From Trichoplax adhaerens (taxonomy: Eukaryota; Animalia; Placozoa): DNA of 64,000 nt. The stretch spans positions 518,482-582,481 of the forward strand of contig NW_002060952.1 in NCBI RefSeq assembly GCF_000150275.1, in the 5' to 3' direction. Below the pieces are notes generated by a model. The model saw only the letters and a list, made by a program, of their open reading frames with translations, was not told the DNA's origin and searched no databases. Numbering within the stretch: the first letter of the stretch is position 1; every line of letters begins with the position of its first letter. A program made the position numbers and the translations under genes. Positions 26,616-39,756 of this stretch are shown piece after piece.

Positions 26616-28225
26616 TTTATTACGTCTTGATTCTACACCACTCTAAAATAGATCATAACTATAGCTAGTCACAAGATGGAAACAAGGCGATTGGCGTGAA
26701 AGTTGGCGTCGTATTTCCAACACCCAATGACTGCTTGAATATCAAGGTGTATAGAAGAGAATTAGAAAGGATGTTAGCTTATATTGGATACAAGAAACGA
26801 AGAGGCTAATCAAACACCTAATAAAGTTCTTCCTATGCATCCAAAATAAATAAACTAAATAAAATAATTTGTAGGACAGCACAGCTATTCCATACATTTA
26901 GACTAGCGCCAATAGCGGTAAACAACACTAGGTCACTTTCGTCATTCTACTGCATAGCTATACTGTGCTTGAAAACTGCTTTCATGATAGTCACTACAGT
27001 ATAGAAATGACGTAAGTACTGATAAAGTTGAGTCTGTAGGTGCAATGCTCTGCCTGTTTATTTTTGCCTTTAACTCTTTCCCCAAGTATTACGAGATACA
27101 GAAGAAAGAGGCAAGAATATCTTTTGCAATTTTATATTTTCTTCTGTAGCATCAGCTTATACTTAAAAATCGAATCATCCGCGCAATTCTCGATAGCTAG
27201 AATTAATCAGAAATGCTACAAAATCGGAGACTACTATTTGCTAATGGTACTGTAATGCCGTACAGGTTGTGCTGTGCTGATGATGACTAGAAGTGATGTA
27301 CATTAACTAGAAGAAAACTTAAAGCGACAGCATAATTACCCAATTTAGAGATCATTTTTATAGTTTGCATGATCACTCAGAAGCATTATATTTCGATGCT
27401 AACAAGACAGTACTGCAATATACTTAAGCACCGGCTAGTTCTAATAACCTCTTTGGAAAAATTTTTATATCTTACTGTATATTGTTCATACACGTATTTA
27501 TTACTAAGCGCAGTTATTTAAGCCTTAGCAACCTACAAACTGCATTGATGATGTACAGTTTGTAACAATTAATAGAAAAATCAAGATAAGCTACTAAAAC
27601 GTATTTTTAATTTTTTATGGTTGTCCTTCATTGCATCCAAAGTTCTTATAAATAATATAATCAGTTTATAATCTCTGTTATAGCCAGAATATATTATATT
27701 ACGAATTTGAAGCACTTAAACAGTAAACTATATATCTAGATAAAGAAGATATCAAGAATTTTCAATTTTTAACCTTTCTGCATATATTAACTCTTTCCAG
27801 AATTAGGCACAAAATTTTAAATTAACTTTCCAGCTCTAGGCTATGGAAAGCTGTATATCGTTTTGCATTACGCATAATTATAACTTACGCAAATATTTAA
27901 GACTGAAAGGACCTAATATTAAATAATATGAAATATAATGACGTAGTAGTGAACATACGCAATCTTCTTGCTCCAAATAAAGTTAGCATTCATCACGTAT
28001 TGTATCCCTTCAAAGCTTTGACATTATAATATTCAGATTATTATATAATTTTATCTTTTGAGTGTGCTATACGTAAACACTAATATCAGATCATAAACAT
28101 TACGAATAGCAATTTATAATACATTATACATGTGAAGTACAATATTTGTTTATCATAAATACACGAAATGTACATTGGTCATAAATTACCAAATCTATCT
28201 GTTATTATCGTAGCATGGTATCAAG

Positions 28226-31200
28226 CTATTTTTGATCAACTTTAATTAGTTCACTAAGCGTAGAATGTAAAATGCCAATAGTCTCCGATAAACCTCCAAA
28301 CAAATTCCGGGATAACCAAGCCTTCTGATAAGGTTCAATCAGTAGTAGAAGCCTTGAAATTAGAAAATATCGATAAATTTATATCGTATTAGGCAAATTA
28401 GATTAATATAATTAATAACTAATCAAAAGACAAAATGTCAACATGATTACCGTACCTATTCGCTAGATCAGTCTTAACAGTACTTGTTAAACAACTAAAC
28501 GAAAACAATGCCATAGGCTGAGACTTATTATGATGATTAACGGCACTGGCTAGCCTGAAAATTCAATCAAAAGATATCAGATTATACCTAACTATGAATA
28601 TTTCAACGGCTAATATATACAATACCTTAACGAAAACATGTAGAGTTCTACATATATGGAGATATCTTGAATAATTCCATGACTTGGATCAATCTTAGGA
28701 ATTGAACACATTTCCTTTTGCAATACTTTCATGCATTTAAACATTTGCTGGAATAGATAGCCCCAAATTATAACATGCAACACAATGATTTACAATTTAA
28801 GGACGCGTTGACAATGATATTTAATACGGTATATTTACAGAAGTAAGATGAAATACCTGGAGAGAACTTGAAGTAATATCACCAATTCGTAAATCTTGTT
28901 TATCAGTTAGAATTCTACATAAAAGCGAGCTTTGGCTACAGCATGGCACTTGCTCATTCACTAAGTTCAACAACTCTCGGCAATTTTCATCTGAATCAAC
29001 AATATGTTCAGTTGCAGACTTGTTTAGATCGAAAGATTTATCCATGGTAACTGAATTACTACGTTTCTCTGCTTGATTGCGCGATGGTATAAAATAGGTT
29101 TCCTCAATAAGCGCTAGGTCGATTAAACATTTACAAACTTCCAATGACAGCATAGGCATGATTAACAGCTCAAATAACCGCGGTAGATAAGTTAACGTAA
29201 ACTCCTAAACCAAGAAAAAAGTGTACAGCTATAAGAAATATTTTCTACAACGATAGATCATACAATAAATAAAAATTATCGCAAGTATTTGTCTTATTTA
29301 AATATGTAAAAACAAAATTGGATAAATCGCCCGTTAACAACCTCCTTTGTAGATGTATTCCAGCAAAACGCTGCACCACAAACAAAGGAAATATGACTTG
29401 CGAATGTTGTTCTAAGATCATCTGCAGCCCAAAAATCAGAAATAATAATTCCATCTGCTTTCGCACTGAACGCCGTTCTCGCGGACTTGTAGATATTTTT
29501 AATGGCATGCAGTGGGCGCCCAAAAGTACTGCCAGCAGAGCATTAAAAGATTAATTCAGAAAGATTGTATAATAAATCCAATGCTTGCAAATGTCATTGC
29601 TATACGCGCGATCAGTTTTGCGACTTTACTCAAATTGTTAGGAGTAGTATAAAGGTTACAATTGCTACATAATTAAGCTCGATTACAAACCTTTGCTGGG
29701 CACACGTTTTGCAAGAGACATAATAGCTTAACCTGAAAAATACCACCAATACCGTATTCAAAATTGATTATCGATACTTTACTGAAAATGTACATGTATA
29801 TATAAGTTATACCCAGCTTTTGCTAGTGCTGTACAGTGGCTCTCATGGTAGCGATAGTTCTAAGATAATATCAATGTTACATTAAAAAAGATCCTTAAAG
29901 TTCAAATACAAATAACAGCAAGATAAACAACATACTACACATGCATAGGTTCCTAAGATCAGGTTAATTTTTTCAAAAATTTTAAGAAATCGTTACAGGC
30001 ATTTAATTTGTACAGTTACTAACTATAGCTATCAGTTAAGCGATTACAAGACGTGAGTACTGTAACATTGTTATGTTTCGGTATCATCGCATACACAAAC
30101 AATATGTAGAGACATTCTGCCAGACTACAAATAGCTACGGATCGTGTTAACTACGCATATTTACTGAAATTATACGGGTAATTGCAATATGCAAACATAC
30201 TCGTCAATCTTTTATGTCGAGACATGCAAACATTATCTAGAAGTTATCTCGAGAACCTAAGCATATTACCTAATATCTCTATAGGAATACCTCGGTACCC
30301 TCGAGTTTTATTGTACTGTTTGATGGCAAAAGGTCATTCTCATACAACTTAGAAGACCTTCAGCCAAAAACAGGATCGAAATTTCGAAAGCAGTGATGCT
30401 ATTTACTTCTGATTATCAACACCTTACTTACTTCATCAAGACTCATAACGGCTACAGTTTCTGGAGGAAGCGACCAAACTACATTTACATCTTCATGTAT
30501 CATAGGACCTAACCAATATTTCATTATCCTCCCATTCCTTCCGCACCAGATCGAAAATTGTTCTACCAAGTAGGTGCTAATATTATCCTTTAAAACGTCG
30601 GTCAATTCATTAAACTTACTCCCTCCGATAATCATAAGAAATTCTGTTATTCTGCTTATTTTATAGCCTGTAGATACTTACGTGATCGTAACTGGATGCT
30701 TTATCAGAGATGCTAATGTGCACGTACCTAGTCATCAAGCGTATAAGAAAATAATTAATGCAATGCTTAAACCTTGATCAAATAAAATCTCATATCTATG
30801 TATTTACCTACTACTGCAAAAAGAAGTGATATAGCTAGCACAATACTGTAAGACATGTTCCATAGAATTGGCTATAGAATCAGAACGATTTGATCCCAAA
30901 ATGTCCGATCTATTGAAATAACCATAACATATGTTTTCAAGAACTTAAAAAGAGATGAATTAATTTTAGCTATGTAAGCGAAGATAAGAGCATGAGATAG
31001 ATACTTACTCTTGCGAAAGATGCAGATCAAAATGAGGTATAAGAGATATATATCTTGACTGACAATACTGATCAAAACGAAACAGTTCACTACACAGGAG
31101 AAATAAAAATGCTTTTTAAAGTCCTATTTCAAACTATGTTTGATGTATGAATATATATTAAGTTTTGCATCTAAAATGATAATGCCAATTGTAATAGAAT

Positions 31201-34200
31201 AATGCAATGTGTAAAATAGACATTGATACCGTTAATTTACTAAATAATTATTATTTCAAACCTACTATGAACTGTAAGGAATTGCGTGTAAATCATCGGC
31301 TTGCAATACAGAAGCAGCTGGCAAATACAGCTGGAGCTAGAGTAAAATATATATATCTCTCTAAGTAAAGACAACTGTGAACCCGTTTTTCTATAATAAT
31401 ACAAGATGCGATAACGAAACATAAAAATTTTTAACAAACTTGATTATATTTTAGAAATGAAAGTAGATCCACAAGCTCCAGTAGGGATTCCTACAATGTA
31501 ATACCGTAACAATAAAGAAATAAAACAAAATTATCGCAATGGAATAACTTAGAGAAATCCAAGAAGCTAATACAGTAAACTTTTAGTGAGGTAATTATCT
31601 TCACCATGCCTTATTACAGTAACAATTGTGCAACATAAAGGAAAAGCTAACCATTTTGGGAGTAACACCATGGGCAACATCGACTATGACGGCTCTGTTG
31701 AGAATATCTGGCCAGTCATTAATCTAGTAATAGGACAAAATATTAAATTCGTTGTAATATTAGCACTTGTCAATAGTATTAAGATACACGAATACTGATA
31801 TCAATCTTAACAAAATACCTGCAATTGTGGAAGTGCTCTATCAGGAAATAACTGTAATAACTGGAAAAACGTACTCACAGCATACCACATTCCAGAAAGA
31901 TCAGATGACATGATCAAAAGCTAAGATAGAACAAGATTCCAGATTATCACTTGTGATGCAATAGCTGCAGTACAGTATCATACCGTATAATTATACTGTT
32001 GGAATATAATCATAAATTATGCAATTTTTACTTTATTCCTCCTAATTGAGATTCGATATCGCTGAGGCATATCAACCAATGAATCATTGACTACACATGT
32101 GATGACATTATGCATGTCTGCATGATCATGATCGTACTCTAATATGAAAAGATTTGATATAAGTTTTATTTAATTAAAAAAATTGCTAATCCGGAGAGTA
32201 AACCTGAGTAGACGATTGCCATAATGACAAGCAATCAAAAAACTATAGTACCTGAGTATAAGGATAACTGCAACGTATAACCCAATGATTCAAATCTGTG
32301 TCGTTGATTACGCCAAATATCGTATATCCTTTGAATAAGGGCTATAGCGAGATATAAAAATGTTAATAAAATATATAAATAAAATCATAAGATACATCTA
32401 AATCTCTGCACCTTGATCGCTTCTGGAAATTTTTATTCGCAATTCTTTCTTAATTATGTAAGGTAGACCAGGTAGCTGACTAATTTGTTGTGGAGGCGGC
32501 CATAAGATATCTAGCCGCGGATCCAATCCTACATCATTTAAGGATATCTCCGTACTAAACTGAGAAATATTTTCATTGATGGAATCAACGTCATTAGTAT
32601 GAGGTATTTGTTCAGAAAGTTTAGCAGAAGCTGATGCTTGGTAGTGAATCGTATCGCTATTAGCGTCGCTACTAGAAGCAGTCATATTGTTAGCAATTGA
32701 TAAGCTGGCACCGTTACAAACATCAGAAATGGAAAGATCGTTAGTTGAGCTATTAGAAAAGCGGAGCGTAGTTTCTTGTTGAAGCTTTTCGCCAGCATAA
32801 TGCTCACGTGATGCGACTGCAGTTGGCGTAACACATACCGATGATTCCGTTTTACGATCTAATTCATCGTCTGGTGTCGGACTATCACCAGCTGTAGATT
32901 CTAGTAATTTATTCTGCAGTTCATTATTCTCTTCCAATAGGATTGCAGCAGTTTTACCCTCATAAGAACTAATAATTCAATATAAAAAATACTATAATTA
33001 AATTATGTGTGAAAGGCAAGCCATTTACTTGTTTTCCATGAAACAACTGACACCATCGTATCAAATATATCGATGATACGTGTATTAATGATGACAGCAT
33101 CGCGTATTATTGAAAGTTTCTCAAAAATAAACACTCAATCAATAGCATGAGTATATACTGTATTTAACAATTTAAATTACCCTGATGTAGCTTTAATATC
33201 TGTCCTTGCTCCATACTTCAGTAAGACACCAATGATTTCAGTAGAATTTCTTTTGATAGCATCATGTAATGGTGTGGAACCATCTTGATCTTGTACATTG
33301 ATATCTGCTCCATTTTCTAGCAAATCAATTCGAAAACATTATATTAATTATCGCCGTTAAAGGATTCTCAAATATGTCTACATTTTACAGTACAATAAAG
33401 AAGATCAATATATCCTGTGTAAAATAATTAATATAGAACAGAATAAATTGTAGCTTACCAAGCAAAGTTGCAACGGTTTCTTTATTGGCAAAGCTAGCTG
33501 CCCAATGAATCGGTCTACAATTGGTTACAACACCATCGCTTGAATTGACAGGAATACCACAATCTAGCAGTTGTTGAATGCGCACAATACTGCAGGGTAG
33601 TATAGGAATTAGAGCATTCAATGCGTATCGCGTAGCACGTTAAGATCTATCGATGAAAAGGCTAATTCATACACCATTGTAATGTAAATATTTTGGATAT
33701 GGAATTAACGGTTAACACAAAATAAATAGTAGTCGTTTCAATTTACTGTACGTTCCATATCATTGATGGTTAGGATGTAGTATCCCTTTCCTAGTACTAT
33801 ACAATCTTCTATGATTGTAATTTAATTTAATTTAATTGCTGAATTCATTAATTAATGCACAGTCATTCTAATTTTGTATAATATATAATTCTTTAATATT
33901 CTGTACTTGGATTGAGCAGTAGCTTGGAAAAATTCGGTGATGTAAACTTGTTTCATACTATCACCATTGCAGAGTTGATAAGCCGTCTTTCCTTCATCGT
34001 TACTAATACACGGATTAGCCCCGGCAGACAATAAAGCTCGAACACAATCGATGCGGTCAAGCTGTTGTCATCATAATAAAAAAAATAAATATCAATACAC
34101 ATGCCCAACTATTGAATTGGTTCGATTAAGTTGTCGTCCAAGTTTTCAGTTGAGGACTTTAATACGGCACATTAGTCCATTTGTGGTATCATTTAAAATT

Positions 34201-36196
34201 AAATGTACAGTATTATTATTACTTATAAGGTGAAATAAAAAAGTCTTGGACTATATCCTGGCTAAACTAAAGTATTGTACGTACGCATATACAGTCAATT
34301 TTCTAAGTTACTATGGTACACGGTAATATAGCGTAGGCTGTACAGATATAATCCACTGAAATCACTGCAATCCAGAATCCTTTATGTGTATTTATTATAT
34401 ATAAAAAAATTCTTATAGTAAATGTAAACAAATAGAATAAGAATAAGCCTAACATTAGTGACTCCAGTTACATAGTAGTTATTCATATCCCGTACACAAT
34501 AAGAATGAATACCTTTGTTGCTAGAATCAAGCTGGTTTCCTGATTTTTATAGCCATAATTTAGTATTTCTTTTACAATATGAACATCGCCTTCTTTTTCT
34601 TCAACTTGACAATTTGGAAAATAAGATAATATCGATATTATTTCATTAACATTGATCCATGATTCCAACTCCATTACCTATCACCATATGGATATGACCA
34701 TACTGTGTTTTAATGTATGTATTCAAAAAGGACAATGAAAATCGCCAATGACTACTGTCCTATTCAAAAGGTAAAGGGGAAAGCTATTTGGGCGATAACT
34801 GAATACGTTGGAGAATAGAATCGAGTTTCAGACTATGAAGATGACTGGAAGAACTAGGTCAGCCAGCTGCTACGTTCGCTTACTATGGGTTAAATGAACA
34901 CGGAAAAAAAACATAACGTCCTTACTGACTCCTACTATGGTAGTCTAATAGTCTAGTCGTTGAATGGACAGGAATAATCAACAAAACAAAAGTCAAGACT
35001 AATACTATAACACTGTATACAGTATAGCGCATTTTAACGACAGCACAAGGTGCAACAGATTTCAGACTTTCGTCTAAATTTGAAGTAGAAGAGTTATCAC
35101 TGAATGCAACCATCTAGCTCTTCTCCTTCTAGTCATGTGGATTGATTACATTGCACCAATCTTATTCTTCCATAGAATTCATTCAAGGCCACAATCCACT
35201 ATTACAGTTCATACCATCTTACTGTAGTAGCGTTGAATAGGCAATAAGAAATGAATTATGATATAGCAATGGTAGTACAGTAAGCCATTCGTCTGTATTG
35301 GTAGGTGAATTTGTAGGCTATCATGGAGCAGCATGGTAAGCGAAAGCAACACTGGCTCTTTCCTATTTCCATTCAAATTGAACTTAGTGCAACAGTAGAA
35401 TATGGTTCAAGAATCTGAAGAAGATATTATCATTATTTGACGAAAGGGTAGACTCATTTCAATGGTAGCCATAGCAGATAGAAGTACTTGTAATCCTTGC
35501 AGTGTTGGTTTTTCCACAATTCTATTCATAATTAATCAATTGAATTAAGTTGATTTGATATTCAACTTAGCGCAAGAGTAGAGTCGATTTCACGACCTGA
35601 GGAAGATATTAGTGTTTATTTCACTGAAGGGTAGGCTGATTTCAAAGGTAGAATGTCTAGCGCAGAAAAGGCGCCCTCTATTAGGGATAGAGAAGACTAC
35701 TACTAAGTTGCAGTGGGTCTTCTATGATTTCATTGATTGTATCGATTGAAATGAGTGCAACAGTACAGCATGCTTCAAGACCTTGGGAAGATAGTCTTGA
35801 TTGCAATCAAGAGACTAAAGGTAGAATTAGACTTTTTGAAGCAAGAATAAGACTGATTTCAAAGGTAGAAAATACACCATAGCACACAGAAGTATTTCTC
35901 TTTGCAGTAGTCCATTGACCTGCCAACTCACTGACGTCAGTTGTACAACTACTATCCATCCTAGTCACAGATGGTGACAACGGGCTGACAAGTGAATTAG
36001 TCGGTTAATCAATAGACAAGCATAATAACTGCGTCTAATCATCACTTTGCCTTCATCAAGCTATGACTGCAAGAGGATATTACTTACTTGATTTAGCTTG
36101 CCTTAGCAATGCTCTAACAATATCTGTTCTATTACAGTTGATTGCTTCAACGATATTTTCAGCTCCCTGCACAATAATCGATTCTTTCTCCGACAT
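28226..36196 (-). CDS. Ankyrin-repeat protein fused to a GH20b domain and a degenerate GH20 (hexosaminidase-like) TIM barrel, ~19 exons
   Basis: ATG 36196 (MSEKESIIVQG). Ankyrin motifs: LLSAGANPCISNDEGKTAY, RPIHWAASF and ENGADINVQDQDGSTPLHDA. An S/N-rich linker is followed by LWPPPQQI...YRISI...MWYAVSTFFQL (GH20b), then INDWPDILNRAVIVDVAHG, GRIMKYW...LPPETVAV, GRPLHAIKNI...GIIISDFW...GAAFCWN and YQKAWLSRNLFGGL. Stop at 28226-28228. Confidence 0.8.
35378..35910. repeat. Degenerate ~185-bp tandem repeat (3 units) in intron 1 of the ankyrin-GH20 gene
   Basis: TT[G/C]AA.T.AG[T/C]GCAA.AGTA.A...AAGATA...ATTTCAA[T/A]GGTAG recurs at ~35378, 35561 and 35746. Confidence 0.7.
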
Positions 36197-36265
36197 GCTT
36201 TCCTCAACTTGCCCACATGACGGTTGACTTTGCTGCAAGATTAGGCCACTTCAGTCGAATGGAGT

Positions 36266-36327
36266 ACGTGTTGGAGCGTCGAACGTGTTGGAGCGTCGAA
36301 CGTTTGCAGCGTCGAACGTTTGCAGTA
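36266..36327. repeat. 16-17-bp tandem repeat (ACGTGTTGGAGCGTCGA / ACGTTTGCAGCGTCGA), ~4 copies
   Basis: Read directly, ~70-130 bp upstream of ATG 36196. Confidence 0.85.
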
Positions 36328-37210
36328 CTGTTTACTGTACTGTATGACCCACATAAATACTGTACACTGTACTGTATGTCTTTAATTCTTGATTATTATT
36401 ATTATTATTATTATTATTACTGGCTCATTAATTATCATATAGTACTGGTACAGTATACAGTATTGTAATTGATTGTATTCGTGTATTGTACAGTGTACAG
36501 TACATTCGTGTACAGTATTATACCCCTGTACTGTACTGTACAGTACAGTATGATACCATGACGATTCCGTCAATCCATACTATACCCTATACAGTAAGTA
36601 TTGCATTGGAGTCAAGTGTCACTCCCAATTCCAACTCCTCAACAGTTACTGTACTGTAGACTTCTTTCATTCAGGACATGGATGCCAGCCGGTCGACACT
36701 ATTTTGAATCCCATCTGGTCTGTACAGCAGTTTTCATTCAGTGCATGATATTAAACCTATCTTTATCAATAGCAGTATCAGTGCAACGGATACCTTATAA
36801 TTATATAATCAAAGTCAGTATCACCAAAATACCTTGAAAAACCCATATCAGCACATCTCTGGCTATTAGGGCATATGCCGGATATCAATTAAGAAAATAA
36901 ATTATTTATTTATTTACTGTACTACAGTACAGTACAGTACTGTCAAAAAGTAATGAAAGGCAGTTTGCTATGGAACGGTACAGAAAGGATCCGGACCAGA
37001 CCAGACCGCCACGACCTCTGAGAGTACAGTACAGTACTGTACAGTGTACAGTACTGTAGCCTGTACTGTACATTGTACAATCCTATACTGTAGGCTGTAC
37101 TGTACAGTACTGTACTGTACTGCAAGTATTGCACACCGTTTACAGTCCATGACTGTAGTCAGGACATCATTTTTGCAAGCCCACACTCTGTTCACGGTGT
37201 ACAGTAAATA
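36320..37210. promoter_or_regulatory. Divergent ankyrin-GH20/GLRX5 promoter with ACAGT/ACTGT blocks and an (ATT)n microsatellite
   Basis: It lies between ATG 36196(-) and ATG 37395(+). TACAG/CTGTA arrays occur at 36320-36550 and 36915-37125, and (ATT)~9 at ~36392-36419. Confidence 0.75.
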
Positions 37211-37394
37211 GAACCAGCAAAAATCAAGTCACTATTAGCGGAACTTACCCACTGTCAGCAAATTGGCATTCGCCATTACTTCTCTCCTCCCTCTACTGTG
37301 TCAAAAGGCTTCTCTATCCTAATTTTAACAAGCTGCTCCAACAGCTCCATCACCATAACAACTACAGGACTAAAAATCAGCTATCCCTTTCGTC

Positions 37395-38706
37395 ATGGCT
37401 TTAATCAATTCTTTGGCTCGCGTTGGTCGAATTGCAAGCTATCGGAATACCAGCAATGGTTTTAGACCATGTCTATTGGGTTCGATCAGATATATGTCGG
37501 AGAAAATGATGCAAGATGACAAAAAATACTTTGATGAATTAGTCCACAGCGATAAAATTGTGGTATTTATGAAAGGTGTACCAGAACAACCCATGTAAGT
37601 CAGGACAAGTTTCATGATTGCTTAGCCTGTAATCAATCGAGTTCTACTGTGAAGTCGAAATTCTTTATGAGAAGATGACTAGGTAATGATACAAATCAGA
37701 TGGACTACTGTAGCTAGCTAGCTAGCGGAAATGATCAAACACCAAAAGTACAATGCAGTACTAGATTGATGCAATGGAGTACTTTCCACCGACAGAAGCC
37801 CTCATTTCAATGACTGTAGAATTCTACGCGAATTATTAACTTACACTACTTTATTAGTCCATCAGTACTAGTCTTCCCAACACTAATCGGTGCATACGGC
37901 CTTTGCAGTCTCGAATTTTATGTCATTCACAGCTTTGTACACTTGGCAACTCTAGCAACCTTTTGTCGTATTAATATTAATATAATATTTTAAATGTCAT
38001 TTTACATAGAGCACCATGTCTTCCGAGGGTAGTACGAAGCAGAGCCTTCTCTAATAATTAGTCAATGAAATAAAGCCATTAATCGTGTTCAAAGGCACAG
38101 TCATAATAGTGCGCTTAATAACACTTCAATCAACTACAGCTAATTGTAGTGGAATTAGTGCTTATAATCGACGTTATTATCGTATAATACTGTATGACTA
38201 GGGTTACAACAATATCTTCAGTGCTGACGCGTTCTTAAAAAGCCCTTTACATTTCCAAATTACGCTACTATGATAGTACCAGAGACTGCATATTAACGAA
38301 AATTTGAGTAGTCCCTGCCTGATAGTACAGTATTGTTCATAATCATCGTTATAAATTGTATCGACTGCTTACCAATACAATATACTATAAATTTCGTCTC
38401 CTTTGAACTCTTTAATATTGCTACAGGTGTGGTTTCAGCAACGCCGTGGTACAAATCCTACGAATGCATGGAGTTGATAACTATACATTCCACAACGTTT
38501 TAGACGATCAACACATCAGACAAGGAATTAAAACTTACTCAGATTGGCCAACTATTCCACAGGTATACATGAAAGGAGAATTTGTTGGTGGATGCGATAT
38601 TTTATTACAAATGCACCGTGAGGGAGATCTAATCGACAAATTAAATGAAATTGGCGTTCGCTCGGCGCTTCTTGATAACGATGAAGGGACAAATGAAAAA
38701 GCTTAA
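37395..38706 (+). CDS. GLRX5: Glutaredoxin-5, mitochondrial (monothiol CGFS glutaredoxin), 2 exons
   Basis: Exons 37395-37594 and 38427-38706 give a basic presequence, [12 protein letters not shown]|[11 protein letters not shown] and [22 protein letters not shown]. Confidence 0.97.
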
Positions 38707-39756
38707 ATATGAAATAAAAATCTATTGCTCTTATGTACCATGTAATAACTTCAAATTTATTAAATTAACTGTAAACTGATACGGTCACTATCAAAAATCA
38801 AGATTAAAAATTGATTTACCCGCATTCTATGCCAAACTTATCGCTATACTATCGACAAGACATTGCGCGAAAGCAGTCATATGAAATAGGTAATCGAGCA
38901 GTAATAACTGTAAACCATTATCACTTGCAAATCTTAGATTGACTAGATCCACAATTTCTCTTGTACTTCGTATACTAAGCAATTTCCAAGTTCCCCCAAA
39001 TTAGTTCACTATACATATTTGTATTATGATTATTGTACTGTATTGTGGGCCAGCAAAAATTTAATTCAGTGGATAATGCACAATCATCAATTCTTATTCT
39101 TCAAGCAATACATGCACGATAATTATCAACTTATAATCGTTGAATTCGCTGTATCTATCGAATACATAGCCATGCCCTACATCTAAAGAAGCTTTCGCTT
39201 TCACTAGTAAAAGTTACTATATTGTAAATTATACTACTTTTACAAAACAAATCCAACAACTTAACAAAGTCATAACTTTCTTAAATTGAAGCAACAAACT
39301 GCGTAACCAGAGTTTCTTTATTCATTAAGACATCCGAATAAGATGAAGAGTATAGTCGATTAATAAATAGCGAAATCGTTGATGGTAAGATCGCCCACAG
39401 CGACAATTATCATTACTATACTCTAGATACCGTCAAATTCTAAAACATTGCGAAGCAAAATCATTATTACATATGATATGAACAAGAAATATACATTACA
39501 GACATTTAATACAACCCAGTAACTGCTCTATGAGTCAAATATACACATATTCGCTAAAATTTTCTATGCTACAAGTAGTATACGTATTTACTAAACTAGC
39601 AAATACCTAAAGTTGAATTGGTATTATACAGTACGCGTACTTTAGGCAGCGTAAGGTATTTCTGAAATCCTTCGTAATCCTTATAAAAATTTAGTTTTAC
39701 GCAACAACTCTAACATAATCCCGCCTTGGTATCTAGATATCCATACACATTATCGA

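Noticed and set aside
26616-27300. GGGGCC repeat upstream of C9orf72
   Set aside because: None is present; the region is AT-rich.
34922-35113. 63-aa ORF with a hydrophobic stretch in ankyrin-GH20 intron 1
   Set aside because: There is no homology or consistent splice support, and the neighbouring exons join in frame without it.
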